Below, piece by piece: positions 1 through 8,654 of a stretch of DNA of 64,000 nt. This stretch comes from Oligoflexia bacterium (GTDB lineage Bacteria > Bdellovibrionota > Bdellovibrionia > JABDDW01), in NCBI GenBank assembly GCA_043732305.1, contig JAYTHU010000102.1:32001-96000 (forward strand), written 5' to 3'. Every line of letters starts with the position of its first letter. The stretch's first letter is position 1. The position numbers and the translations under genes are program-made. The notes below the pieces were generated by a model that saw nothing but the letters and a program-made list of their open reading frames with translations, was not told the DNA's origin and made no database searches.

Positions 1-133
1 TATTTCAGGCGCAGTTTGGCCTGTCCTGAGAGATTCGTCAAATTCTGCCCAGATTGATTTTTTATAAGAAAGGCTCGCAAGCTTAATCGTTTTAAGCATA
101 GACTGAATCTAGCTTTAGGAACGAGGATAATCA

Positions 134-454
134 ATGATTGTTGCAGCCCTCAGACTTACATTCATGGTCGCCCCCGACGGCAGTTCTCACAAGAGCGCTG
201 CGCAGAAAATTAAAGAAAGGCTTTGGAGCCATTTCAAAGTCGCCGTTGCCGAAATTTCCCATAACTCACCAGCAGAATTGCGCATCGGCCTCTCGTTTGT
301 CGGGACTCAGGAAAGCGACATGGAGTTGCGCGTCCAAGAAATTGTCCGCCACATGAACGACTGGAACTCCGTCGAAATGACCTACGATGAATCCGAACTC
401 ATCCACTTCGACGACCTCGAACTCGAACGCGACTACCTCAAATACGACCCCTAG
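134..454 (+). CDS. DUF503 (YlxP-like) family protein
   Basis: 106 aa; MIVAALRL..., KIKERLWSHFKVAVAEI matches the DUF503 pattern; GAGGA RBS upstream. Confidence 0.7.
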   Translation: MIVAALRLTFMVAPDGSSHKSAAQKIKERLWSHFKVAVAEISHNSPAELRIGLSFVGTQESDMELRVQEIVRHMNDWNSVEMTYDESELIHFDDLELERDYLKYDP

Positions 455-598
455 GTACCAGGTTCCTTTTGGTAGCGTACATGCGTTAATTTTATTGTTT
501 TAAGAGCGTTATTTTGATTTTCGAGTCCCCTTCAACGAAAATGATTCTTCGAAAGCGAAAATTAACGCGGCATCGCTACCAAAAGGAACCTGGTACCT
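453..598. repeat. 146-bp palindromic element (REPIN/MITE-like) with perfect 25-bp terminal inverted repeats
   Basis: AGGTACCAGGTTCCTTTTGGTAGCG (453-477) is the exact reverse complement of 574-598; inner pairs 483-493/558-568 and 517-523/536-542. Confidence 0.8.
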
Positions 599-606
599 GA
601 GGGGGG

Positions 607-1785
607 TTAGCGGCGTTGGAATGCGCGATATTTGGAGCCGCCGTTGGCGCCGCTGGAGCTGAAGTCGAAATGGGGATCGAAGCTGAGGTCGATAGTGAGA
701 CTGGCGATGTAACGGCGATCTTCGGTTTGCCCTGCATAAGCTCCGAGTTCGGTGCCGTAAGTAGCAAAATCTACAGAAAAGTATTTTAAATTTATTGACG
801 CCCCGGCAGTGTAATAACCTTGATTGACTCCACCTCGAATCGAAAACAGAGAAAATTCCAATTCTACTCCCATATGTAAAAGCATTCCAATTTGCTCGCC
901 CGCCAGTGTCATGTGTTGGAAATCAATTGCAGGACGAATTTTCAACATTGGTAAATCAAAAGTTGAGGAAAAACCAAGGGTCACATTGTTGTCCATTGGT
1001 GGAGGTGCCACACTTCCAACGGATGGAACAAAAAATGTTTGTCCAATGTTTTGCCAAACAAAAGTCAGGGCAGGATGAACTCCACCTGGAGCTTCTAAAA
1101 GAAATGCGGCATCAGCGCCATAGCCGATCCCGTAGTTGTTCAACAGGCTAGTGAGGTACGCATTTGAAAGACTGGCCACTGTTCCGGGTCCAAGCTTTAA
1201 ACTTCCGCCATACCGCGTGACTCTTTTAAACGCTATTCCGAAACGTAAAATATCGGGTATAAGTGGCAGAGCAAAACCAGTGACAATTCCATTATCGTTC
1301 GTCACGGTTAGAGTGACATTGGAGTAAGCAGGATTGTGCAAAATAAAACTCAAATTTAAAAAATCAAATCCTGCAAATCCGAAATCGCTCATAGAAAAAG
1401 CGAAACAATCTGCAAGACCCATCCAAATTTGTTTACCATAAAATTGTTGAATAATTGTGGCGTAATTTGAAGATGTCGCATTCTGATAATTCGTAAAAGC
1501 ATCTATTGCGTCAGTCCCCACTTGTAATCCAACCAATGCCAAGTGAAACCCTTTAACACGGTCCAAAGCCGCAGGATTATAAAAAAGCGCGTTGTGATCA
1601 TCCACCACGGCAGAGAATGCGTTTCCCATTCCAGCAGCGCGTGCGTTTATGTAATTTTCGCGAATCTCTTGAGCTTGAACTTTAGAATTGAAAATGAAAA
1701 ACGAAAATAAAAATAGCGATGATAAAAAAAGCGTAAATACGAAATGACGTCTTCTGCAGTTTTTAAAAAAGGCACTCACGGGCAT
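607..1785 (-). CDS. FadL/PorV/TraF_2-like outer-membrane beta-barrel protein (paralog 1)
   Basis: Signal peptide; ARAAGMGNA...ALFYNPAAL motif; C-terminal QGYYTAG...ATYGTELG...EDRRY strands. Confidence 0.75.
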   Translation of the reverse strand: MPVSAFFKNCRRRHFVFTLFLSSLFLFSFFIFNSKVQAQEIRENYINARAAGMGNAFSAVVDDHNALFYNPAALDRVKGFHLALVGLQVGTDAIDAFTNYQNATSSNYATIIQQFYGKQIWMGLADCFAFSMSDFGFAGFDFLNLSFILHNPAYSNVTLTVTNDNGIVTGFALPLIPDILRFGIAFKRVTRYGGSLKLGPGTVASLSNAYLTSLLNNYGIGYGADAAFLLEAPGGVHPALTFVWQNIGQTFFVPSVGSVAPPPMDNNVTLGFSSTFDLPMLKIRPAIDFQHMTLAGEQIGMLLHMGVELEFSLFSIRGGVNQGYYTAGASINLKYFSVDFATYGTELGAYAGQTEDRRYIASLTIDLSFDPHFDFSSSGANGGSKYRAFQRR

Positions 1786-2657
1786 AAAACATCAATTATA
1801 AGGCCCGTGCCGCCAGGACAAAATGCAGGTGCCACAGGCGTCGCGGTGATCTGACAATATGGTTTGTTGTAGGGAGCTGCTAACCCTACATTTAAATTTG
1901 ATTCACCAACCAAAGTGCGAGCAACCCTAATCATCGTTGGAGTCACACTAGCAGTCGTAGTCACTGAGCAAGCGCCGGGGGCCGAGACTTGAATTTGAGT
2001 GCATGCTGCCAGAAGTGCCGTCAAACTTTGCCCAACTACACCTGCGCCAATGGCCGTCACTGAATCGACAATATTTCCGATGGCCGTTATGACCTCAGCA
2101 CCTTGCGCAGAGGAAAGCTGAGTGCAATTGTTAAAAGTCGCCGTGACAGATCCAGTGTTCAAAGGATCTGCGGTTGAAGCCAACATTGTTCCGAGCTTCG
2201 CAATTTCCACAAAAAGCATGAAGGTATTTTCATCCACCGTGCGAAGAGAAGCCGAAGCCCCAATACTCAGAATAAGGTTTTGGGCGGTCACTTCATCAGA
2301 ATAATTTGCTGCTGTTGATCCTCTGAAAGCAGTAAGTAGTTGAGAAAACAAACTGCTCGAACTTGAACCCAAATTTTGCAGATTTTGTGCAAGTGAGAGC
2401 ATGGACAGTCCGCCTCTTCCCGCATAAGCACTAGCAAGTAAAACTATATTAGTTCGAGTGGCTTGCCCCGCTACAGAGAGGGTCTGCCATTTTTGAATGG
2501 CATCATACCAAAGTGAAGCGTCCACCAATTTTTGGATGTCGATTGAGATTACGGCATCCGAATTTTTAATAGCGATTTCACTGTATAGATTGCAACCACC
2601 AACGTTTGTTAGCGCAATCAAAGTCATCAGAAAAAGAAGTCCAAAGGATCGCTTCAT
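1776..2657 (-). CDS. Putative lipoprotein with TPR-like N-terminus and Cys-rich C-terminus
   Basis: Likely start MKRSFG at 2657; hydrophobic leader ending VGGC; helical LASAYAGRGGL segment; several C-terminal Cys. Confidence 0.65.
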   Translation of the reverse strand: MKRSFGLLFLMTLIALTNVGGCNLYSEIAIKNSDAVISIDIQKLVDASLWYDAIQKWQTLSVAGQATRTNIVLLASAYAGRGGLSMLSLAQNLQNLGSSSSSLFSQLLTAFRGSTAANYSDEVTAQNLILSIGASASLRTVDENTFMLFVEIAKLGTMLASTADPLNTGSVTATFNNCTQLSSAQGAEVITAIGNIVDSVTAIGAGVVGQSLTALLAACTQIQVSAPGACSVTTTASVTPTMIRVARTLVGESNLNVGLAAPYNKPYCQITATPVAPAFCPGGTGLIIDVLCP

Positions 2658-2737
2658 AGACTTAAATTTTAAAGGATTTTGACGAAAACAGGGAGTCAAT
2701 TGATTGGCGTAGACCAACGCGGCTTAAGAAATTTGGC

Positions 2738-3841
2738 TTAGAATCTGAATCCATAACGGGCCACAAAGCGGCGATCTTCTGTAAACTTCGGATAAACGCC
2801 AATTTCCTCGCCGTAAGTCGTGATCTGGACTTGCTGACCACCAAGATCAACTTCTATTCCAGCAGTGTAATAACCTTCATTATATCCTGCGCGCATATAA
2901 AAAACGTCAGAGAAATTAACTTCTGCACCAGCATGAATATTGCGGATGATACTTTGACTGTAGGGGTTTTGAAGATCACTAAATTGCACAGTGAATGATG
3001 CGCGAGTGTGTTGTCCATCATATGGAAAAATGGCCATTCCCGCGTCCACTTTTTGCATTTGCGGAGGTGGACGAGTAGTTGTGGTGTAGATCATTCCATT
3101 TCCTAGAGTGAAATTGGTGTTGCCTACATCATGAGCCACAACCGTGATTGTTGGTAGCATTGCCCAAGGTGCGGTCAGCATGATACTCCCATCCCATCCA
3201 ACTCCAGTTCCCTCACTTGCTAAATTTGGAATTGAAAGTCCGGTAGCTGATTGCGCGACCGTTGTCGAAATATAAACACGATTGTCTACCTTGCCCATGA
3301 TGCCAATTTTAAGTCGGCCTTCCCAGAGCCTGAAGCAATAACCAATAGCCGCAGCATAATCATTGATATAATTATACTGCATCGTCCCTGTTGCAGAGGA
3401 ATATTGCGCATTTAAACTGTAGTTGGCTAGTCCGCCGATCGCAAAATTTCTCATGACGAGTGTCGGTTGAACTTGAAATTTAGCGTGAAGATTTTTATCA
3501 GGATTTTTCACCGCTAAATTTAAAAGGGCGTTTGGATCTTGCGCTCCGGCGTAGCTGCTCAGATTTGCGCCGATTGCGGAAACAGTGCTGTAATTGGTTT
3601 CTAGTTCAGGATTTATCAAAGATAAATATGTCCCGCGCACTTTTCCTAGCCCTGCGGGATTGACAAAAAGTGCCGTCTCATCATCAACTATTGCAACACC
3701 CGCTCCGCCCATGGCTTCATCACGGGCGCTGCGGAAGTTTTGCGTTTTTTCTTGCGCGACAGCGCCCGTTCCCACAAGCAGAATAAGAACAATTATCGTG
3801 TTCGAAAGTATTGGGAATTTCAATTTCTGCGTTATTTCCAT
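2738..3841 (-). CDS. FadL/PorV/TraF_2-like outer-membrane beta-barrel protein (paralog 2)
   Basis: Signal peptide; ARDEAMGGA...ALFVNPAGL; EGYYTAG...TTYGEEIG...EDRRF; ends in aromatic beta-signal YGFRF. Confidence 0.75.
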   Translation of the reverse strand: MEITQKLKFPILSNTIIVLILLVGTGAVAQEKTQNFRSARDEAMGGAGVAIVDDETALFVNPAGLGKVRGTYLSLINPELETNYSTVSAIGANLSSYAGAQDPNALLNLAVKNPDKNLHAKFQVQPTLVMRNFAIGGLANYSLNAQYSSATGTMQYNYINDYAAAIGYCFRLWEGRLKIGIMGKVDNRVYISTTVAQSATGLSIPNLASEGTGVGWDGSIMLTAPWAMLPTITVVAHDVGNTNFTLGNGMIYTTTTRPPPQMQKVDAGMAIFPYDGQHTRASFTVQFSDLQNPYSQSIIRNIHAGAEVNFSDVFYMRAGYNEGYYTAGIEVDLGGQQVQITTYGEEIGVYPKFTEDRRFVARYGFRF

Positions 3842-3874
3842 AACTTCTTATCGGTGAATATGAACAATTCTAGC
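3842..3874 (-). promoter_or_regulatory. Candidate sigma28 (FliA)-type promoter directly upstream of barrel gene
   Basis: Minus strand ACCGATAA (3855-3848), 6 nt, then ATG; -35 match weak (GCTAG). Confidence 0.35.
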
Positions 3875-4017
3875 CGTCAGTCATATGACAGGACTAAGAT
3901 CCAAATTTTCGTCTCTACAAACTAGTTGAAATTAGAAAATCAATGCGGTTACTCTAATAATACTGCTCAGCACATCGTGTTCGGCAAAAACTATCAACTT
4001 TGCAGAACGGGGACAAA

Positions 4018-4761
4018 ATGACACGTGAATCGAAAAAAACAAATCTCAAAACAACATTGAAAACTTTTGCAGTGATTGCGACATGTGCGATTGCCCTCAC
4101 CGCGTGCGAAACGGCCGAGCAAAATAGCACCGCTCAGGCTCTCACCTGCGTGAACAATGCGGCAAAACTTTCTGCGACTGATCCCGTGACTGCAGCTACA
4201 AACGCAACCGCATGCGAAGCTATTACTTCAAAGCTAGTCAATTCGGCAGAGGCAGCTAAGATCGGTTTCTCCGCAGTGCTTTTGATGTCCCAGAAATTTA
4301 GCCAAATTCAAAACCTTGTGAATGCTCTGAAACAAACCAACAACACGCTAGCCACTGGATTTACGTTTCTGATTTTTGCTGGCGGTTCCGGCAATATCGG
4401 TGATCCCAATTATACTAAAATGCAAACGTACGCTAATCGTTCCGCCAATATTGGCATTTTAGAAGTTTGGTCTATATTCTCAACAGCAAATTTAATTGCA
4501 AGCCTTGGATCACTCACAGCCACTCCGACTCAAGCTCAAGTGACAACGGCTGTAGCGGCACTCAACCCCGCAAATGCGAATATTTCAGGTACACCAGAAA
4601 ATGCTTTAGCAACTGCAGTACTTACAGCTCAACAAAATGCATGTTCAGGATCGGGCAGCAGCTCCACCACTTGCGCAGCCCTAACCAAAGCAATTGGCAG
4701 CGGAGCCACTCCCTCATCAGTGATTTCTGCTCTTCAGGCATACGTAGCCGCCGGGAATTGA
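4018..4761 (+). CDS. Ala/Thr/Ser-rich lipoprotein
   Basis: GGGGAC RBS before ATG 4018; lipobox ALTAC; paired Cys near both ends. Confidence 0.75.
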   Translation: MTRESKKTNLKTTLKTFAVIATCAIALTACETAEQNSTAQALTCVNNAAKLSATDPVTAATNATACEAITSKLVNSAEAAKIGFSAVLLMSQKFSQIQNLVNALKQTNNTLATGFTFLIFAGGSGNIGDPNYTKMQTYANRSANIGILEVWSIFSTANLIASLGSLTATPTQAQVTTAVAALNPANANISGTPENALATAVLTAQQNACSGSGSSSTTCAALTKAIGSGATPSSVISALQAYVAAGN

Positions 4762-4858
4762 TTGCCCTTCGCAGCCGCAGGCAGCTAAGGAAAACTTTGT
4801 CTCGAGTTTGAAATCATTACAGACGACTATCACGTCATGTTTTGGTAATGTCACACCT

Positions 4859-7201
4859 ATGAAAAATATATTTTTAGCGCTGTCCGTGATGGTCATATCT
4901 GTCACTATTTGTGAAACGTCGTTTGCAGAAGAATGTAAGGCAAAACTAAGTCATCTGAATCCTAAAATTTATGATCAAGTTTACCTAGATAATAACCCGA
5001 CTGAAACGCCTTATCGTTTCGATTCAATTCGTAAATCACAAGATGACCAACCTGCCGAACAATTGTGGGTCGTGAACAGTGCAGACTATTCGCCAACTGC
5101 TGATCAGGAATTGATTAAAGCTGGATACACGGGTGTGCGAATTTTAAATCCAACAGACAAAGAGATTCTCGAACACTCCGATTTTTTATTAGTTCCCGAA
5201 GTCACTCGCACGATCATGATCGCCCCAAACTCAGAAGAAGACTGGGTCGCTCAAATGCAAACAACAAAAGCTCGCACCAACCTCAAATCTAAACTTAAAA
5301 AGAGCCTCGCCGTTGATGGTGAAGGCAAGCGCGCAGTCACCACTGAATTGGCCAATCTAACTTTGGCGGACTATTCCAAATGGTACACAGAACTTTATCT
5401 TCCAGAAATCATTGGCGGCAAAGAAGGTGGCATGGCCGCCTGGGGGGATGTTTCTCAGTACGCAGCCGAGAAAAAAATTGATATCACCGACGGCAACCTC
5501 AACAAAAAAGTACCCGATCTTCATCGTGTATTTTTCTACTCCAAAGATCATAAACTCATTGGTGGAATGCTATTTCGTGAAATGCACAGCCAAGGATTTA
5601 TTAGCGTTGGAGCTGCGGCCTTTGAATCCAATGCACGCAAACTTTACAATCTTCCCGTTCGCGGATTTAGTGAAATTTTTAATGAAGTGCATCGCTTGGG
5701 TTTCAAATACTTGAGCTATGGAAAAGATTTTTATTATGGCGGTGATTTAAGCATTGGCCTCATGCAAAACAAAGCTAGTCTTGGAATGAGAATCATTATT
5801 CCTCTTCCTTCCGATGAAGGAAACTTCTATCTCACCAAATATTTCTCCAACGCTCCCGCTCGTCTTGGTGCGAGCAAATACGAAAATAAAACTTTCCCTG
5901 GAATGGTTTTCTACGCTATTCGCGGAACTGGTCAAGAGCGTTTGAAAAACTATCATCTCATGCAAGCGTCCCAAGTTGCGACCCGAACAATTCCCGAAGC
6001 AATGTTAGCTGTCGAACAAACAATGGCGGTTCATCAGATTTTAGCAGCTGATAATTCACCTAAGATTGAAGTACCGCAAGGGCTGACGCATGTAAAAATT
6101 CAATCGGTGTCGGCTCTAACCCCTCACAAGCAATATCCTGCACTCTCGACCAGCGGTGGATTAGGTTTCCGAAATTATATATCTGGACATGTTGTATCCA
6201 CAAGTGTGGATATGGCCAATAACTACACTGCGCAAGGTTTTCTGGATTGGGCACTTAGCGTCATGCCAGTCAAAGATTTAGCTCAGGCTAAAACAATCTT
6301 AGCTAAGTTTGTGAGTTTTAAAGAAGATTACGCTCACCCAATAATGCGTCCCATGTTTTTGATCGATGAAAAAAGCGAGATTGAAAATCAAGCAACTCCT
6401 GAAGCCAAGCTTGCAAAGTACAACGAACTCATCATGAAAAATCCATTGGTTGATTTTGAAAAAGGCTTGGATCAAGATCCGTTTTTGGTTCCAATGATTG
6501 AGCGGGCTCGATTCAACCCGGCACGCGTGCGACCGATGGCTATGAATCTCACCAAATCGGATGAAACCCCTTTTCCACTTATTAGCTTCTATTCCAATCA
6601 AGGTTACACGCATCCTATCGAACGCGGCATGCTCAAGAGTAAGGTACTTCAGGCTTCTGGCGTGTACTCCAAGCTTCAGTATGAGGCCCGTCGAAAATAT
6701 CGTGCAGGCGTGAGATACAGATTTAATTTTGACTTCGATCAAAGTCTTAACAATCTGAGCGGACAAGAGCGAAAAATGCAATTGAGCACTCAAAATCGTT
6801 ATAAAAACCCTGAGCTTTTAAAGAAAATGAAAATGCTTTATGACCACGGTCAGGCCTTCACATTTGAAGCTATCGATGAGTCTGTGACCCCACACAAAGT
6901 GTTGGGTGGCATTTTGGGGCTGATCACCGGAAAACTTATAAGCATCGACACCACTATTGGAAATGTCGGAAATATTGATTCCGCACGCATCACGGGAATG
7001 GCACTTTCTGATATTGCAGCTGAACAAGGTTTGGAATTTCTGGATATGGGAATGGTGAGTAATTATTCGAAGAGCTTGCGAGCAGGCTATTACCCTCAAG
7101 TAGAATTTCTTTCATTCCTGAATTCTCCAGAATTCAAATCCGATAGCAAATTTAAATTGCCCGCAGAATGGGTTCCGCCGGGAATCAATCCAGGAAAATA
7201 A
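4859..7201 (+). CDS. Secreted protein with FemAB/GNAT-like domain and Leu/Phe-tRNA-protein transferase (Aat)-like domain
   Basis: Signal peptide MKNIFLALSVMVISVTICETSFA; N-domain KARTNLKSKLKK...LIGGML...YLSYG...GLMQNKASLG; C-domain FNPARV...PFP...HPIERGML...LYDHGQAFTFEA...LGGILG...LDMGMV...KSLRA aligns by eye with Aat. Confidence 0.6.
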   Translation: MKNIFLALSVMVISVTICETSFAEECKAKLSHLNPKIYDQVYLDNNPTETPYRFDSIRKSQDDQPAEQLWVVNSADYSPTADQELIKAGYTGVRILNPTDKEILEHSDFLLVPEVTRTIMIAPNSEEDWVAQMQTTKARTNLKSKLKKSLAVDGEGKRAVTTELANLTLADYSKWYTELYLPEIIGGKEGGMAAWGDVSQYAAEKKIDITDGNLNKKVPDLHRVFFYSKDHKLIGGMLFREMHSQGFISVGAAAFESNARKLYNLPVRGFSEIFNEVHRLGFKYLSYGKDFYYGGDLSIGLMQNKASLGMRIIIPLPSDEGNFYLTKYFSNAPARLGASKYENKTFPGMVFYAIRGTGQERLKNYHLMQASQVATRTIPEAMLAVEQTMAVHQILAADNSPKIEVPQGLTHVKIQSVSALTPHKQYPALSTSGGLGFRNYISGHVVSTSVDMANNYTAQGFLDWALSVMPVKDLAQAKTILAKFVSFKEDYAHPIMRPMFLIDEKSEIENQATPEAKLAKYNELIMKNPLVDFEKGLDQDPFLVPMIERARFNPARVRPMAMNLTKSDETPFPLISFYSNQGYTHPIERGMLKSKVLQASGVYSKLQYEARRKYRAGVRYRFNFDFDQSLNNLSGQERKMQLSTQNRYKNPELLKKMKMLYDHGQAFTFEAIDESVTPHKVLGGILGLITGKLISIDTTIGNVGNIDSARITGMALSDIAAEQGLEFLDMGMVSNYSKSLRAGYYPQVEFLSFLNSPEFKSDSKFKLPAEWVPPGINPGK

Positions 7202-7433
7202 CGAGGCAACCCTCGTTCTTTTTCCCGTTGACCATTTCGAATTTCCACTGATACCCAGCAAGCTTCAGATATTTTATTGCGATTTTTTGAACGACCCCGG
7301 TTCCTTTGCCCGTCATAATGCGGGCACTGGAAAGGTTGCCACCGGAAACTTTCACCAAGAATTTGTCGAGAGCATCTTCAACTTCATCAGATTTAAAGCC
7401 ATGCAAGTCGAGTAAATCTTTAGCCATCTTCAA
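7185..7433 (-). CDS. Smr/MutS2 C-terminal domain protein
   Basis: LDLHG, IMTGKGTG and NEG motifs. Confidence 0.85.
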   Translation of the reverse strand: MKMAKDLLDLHGFKSDEVEDALDKFLVKVSGGNLSSARIMTGKGTGVVQKIAIKYLKLAGYQWKFEMVNGKKNEGCLVIFLD

Positions 7434-7450
7434 ACCTCAACCGAAAAAAT

Positions 7451-8590
7451 TTATAAATCCAAACTCATTTTCGCAATGTATCGGCGATTCTGATTGGGAG
7501 ATCCGCTGGTTCCGATTTCTTCAGCGTAGGTGGCTAAGTCGAGACGAAATATAGAAACTTGCCCGCTGACTCCGGCAGAGACATAACCTTCGGAGACGCC
7601 CACACTATAACTTCCGGTGAGCCAGTTAAAGGCTTTCCAAAAGAGTTCGGCACCCACATGGGAACACTTAATGGCATTTGCATATTGAGTTCCCATGTCA
7701 TGCTCTTCGATCGCAAAACGGGGTTTGAAAACCCAGAATTCCGGGAGATCAAATTTTGCACCGACGTCAAATCGTCTTTGCAAATTAGAGGTGGTCACCA
7801 CAGACTGTTTTGAAATCAAATGAGCATCGCCAAAAAATCCTTCATCCAAAACGTTTCTCACCGCGACACCAATGGTGGGCTTTGCATATTTCAGCCAAGA
7901 GAAAATTCCGGAATCGGCAATAGGCAATGTCCAAAGATATCCAAAGTCGAAATCCACAGTCATGCCTTCTTGAGCATCAGATGCTTGAAGTAAATTTGTG
8001 CTTTGAGCGAGGTCGAATACGGAAACGACTTTATCTATGTAAGCGCGATAAACAATTTTAGGAGAGACACCGATGTTCATTGTTTTATCGTCATTCAAAT
8101 TCCAAGCTTTTGAGAATTGCAGCGTGGAATCTTGAATCGCGAGCAATCCAACGGAAGCACCCGCCGTGGCTGCAATGTCTGCCTCAACTGAAACATCAAC
8201 GGGAATAAATGCGATTCCCCATGAAGGCCAAACCCAAATTCCACCCACTTGAACGCGCGTCGCATAGTGATTACCCATGTCGTTAAGCAAAGCATTAGTG
8301 AGCTTCACCGGATCTGAACCTGCGCCACTGAGATCACTATAAAGATTCATAATCGAGGGGGTTCCACCAGCTTGAATGCCTAGGTTCAAATCGTGAGATT
8401 CAAACCGAGCAAGGCCTGCGGGGTTATAAAACATTGCTTCATAGCTATCCGTCATGGATGTGCCAACCATGCCTCGGCCAGCAACACGGGCGGAAATGTA
8501 GGGTTGATGGAGATAAAAACTCTCTGCTGCGCGAACTTCTTGGCTCGACGCCATTAACAACAGACAAAGCGTAAATAATATTTTGAACAC
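7451..8590 (-). CDS. FadL/PorV/TraF_2-like outer-membrane beta-barrel protein (paralog 3)
   Basis: Signal peptide; SARVAGRG...AMFYNPAGL; EGYVSAG...ATYAEEIG...QNRRY. Confidence 0.75.
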   Translation of the reverse strand: MFKILFTLCLLLMASSQEVRAAESFYLHQPYISARVAGRGMVGTSMTDSYEAMFYNPAGLARFESHDLNLGIQAGGTPSIMNLYSDLSGAGSDPVKLTNALLNDMGNHYATRVQVGGIWVWPSWGIAFIPVDVSVEADIAATAGASVGLLAIQDSTLQFSKAWNLNDDKTMNIGVSPKIVYRAYIDKVVSVFDLAQSTNLLQASDAQEGMTVDFDFGYLWTLPIADSGIFSWLKYAKPTIGVAVRNVLDEGFFGDAHLISKQSVVTTSNLQRRFDVGAKFDLPEFWVFKPRFAIEEHDMGTQYANAIKCSHVGAELFWKAFNWLTGSYSVGVSEGYVSAGVSGQVSIFRLDLATYAEEIGTSGSPNQNRRYIAKMSLDL

Positions 8591-8654
8591 CCAGGTCCCC
8601 CGTGTTTAAATGTTTTAAGGTAACCATATAAATCTGCACGAGAGGTCGAGTGAA

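Noticed and set aside
1..67. Possible 3' end of an upstream gene (ISGAVWPVLRDSSNSAQIDFL*)
   Set aside because: Too short to support or identify.
607..8590. Conjugative element, suggested by the 'TraF'-like barrels
   Set aside because: No relaxase, VirB4, coupling protein, integrase or att sites; the neighbours are core genes.
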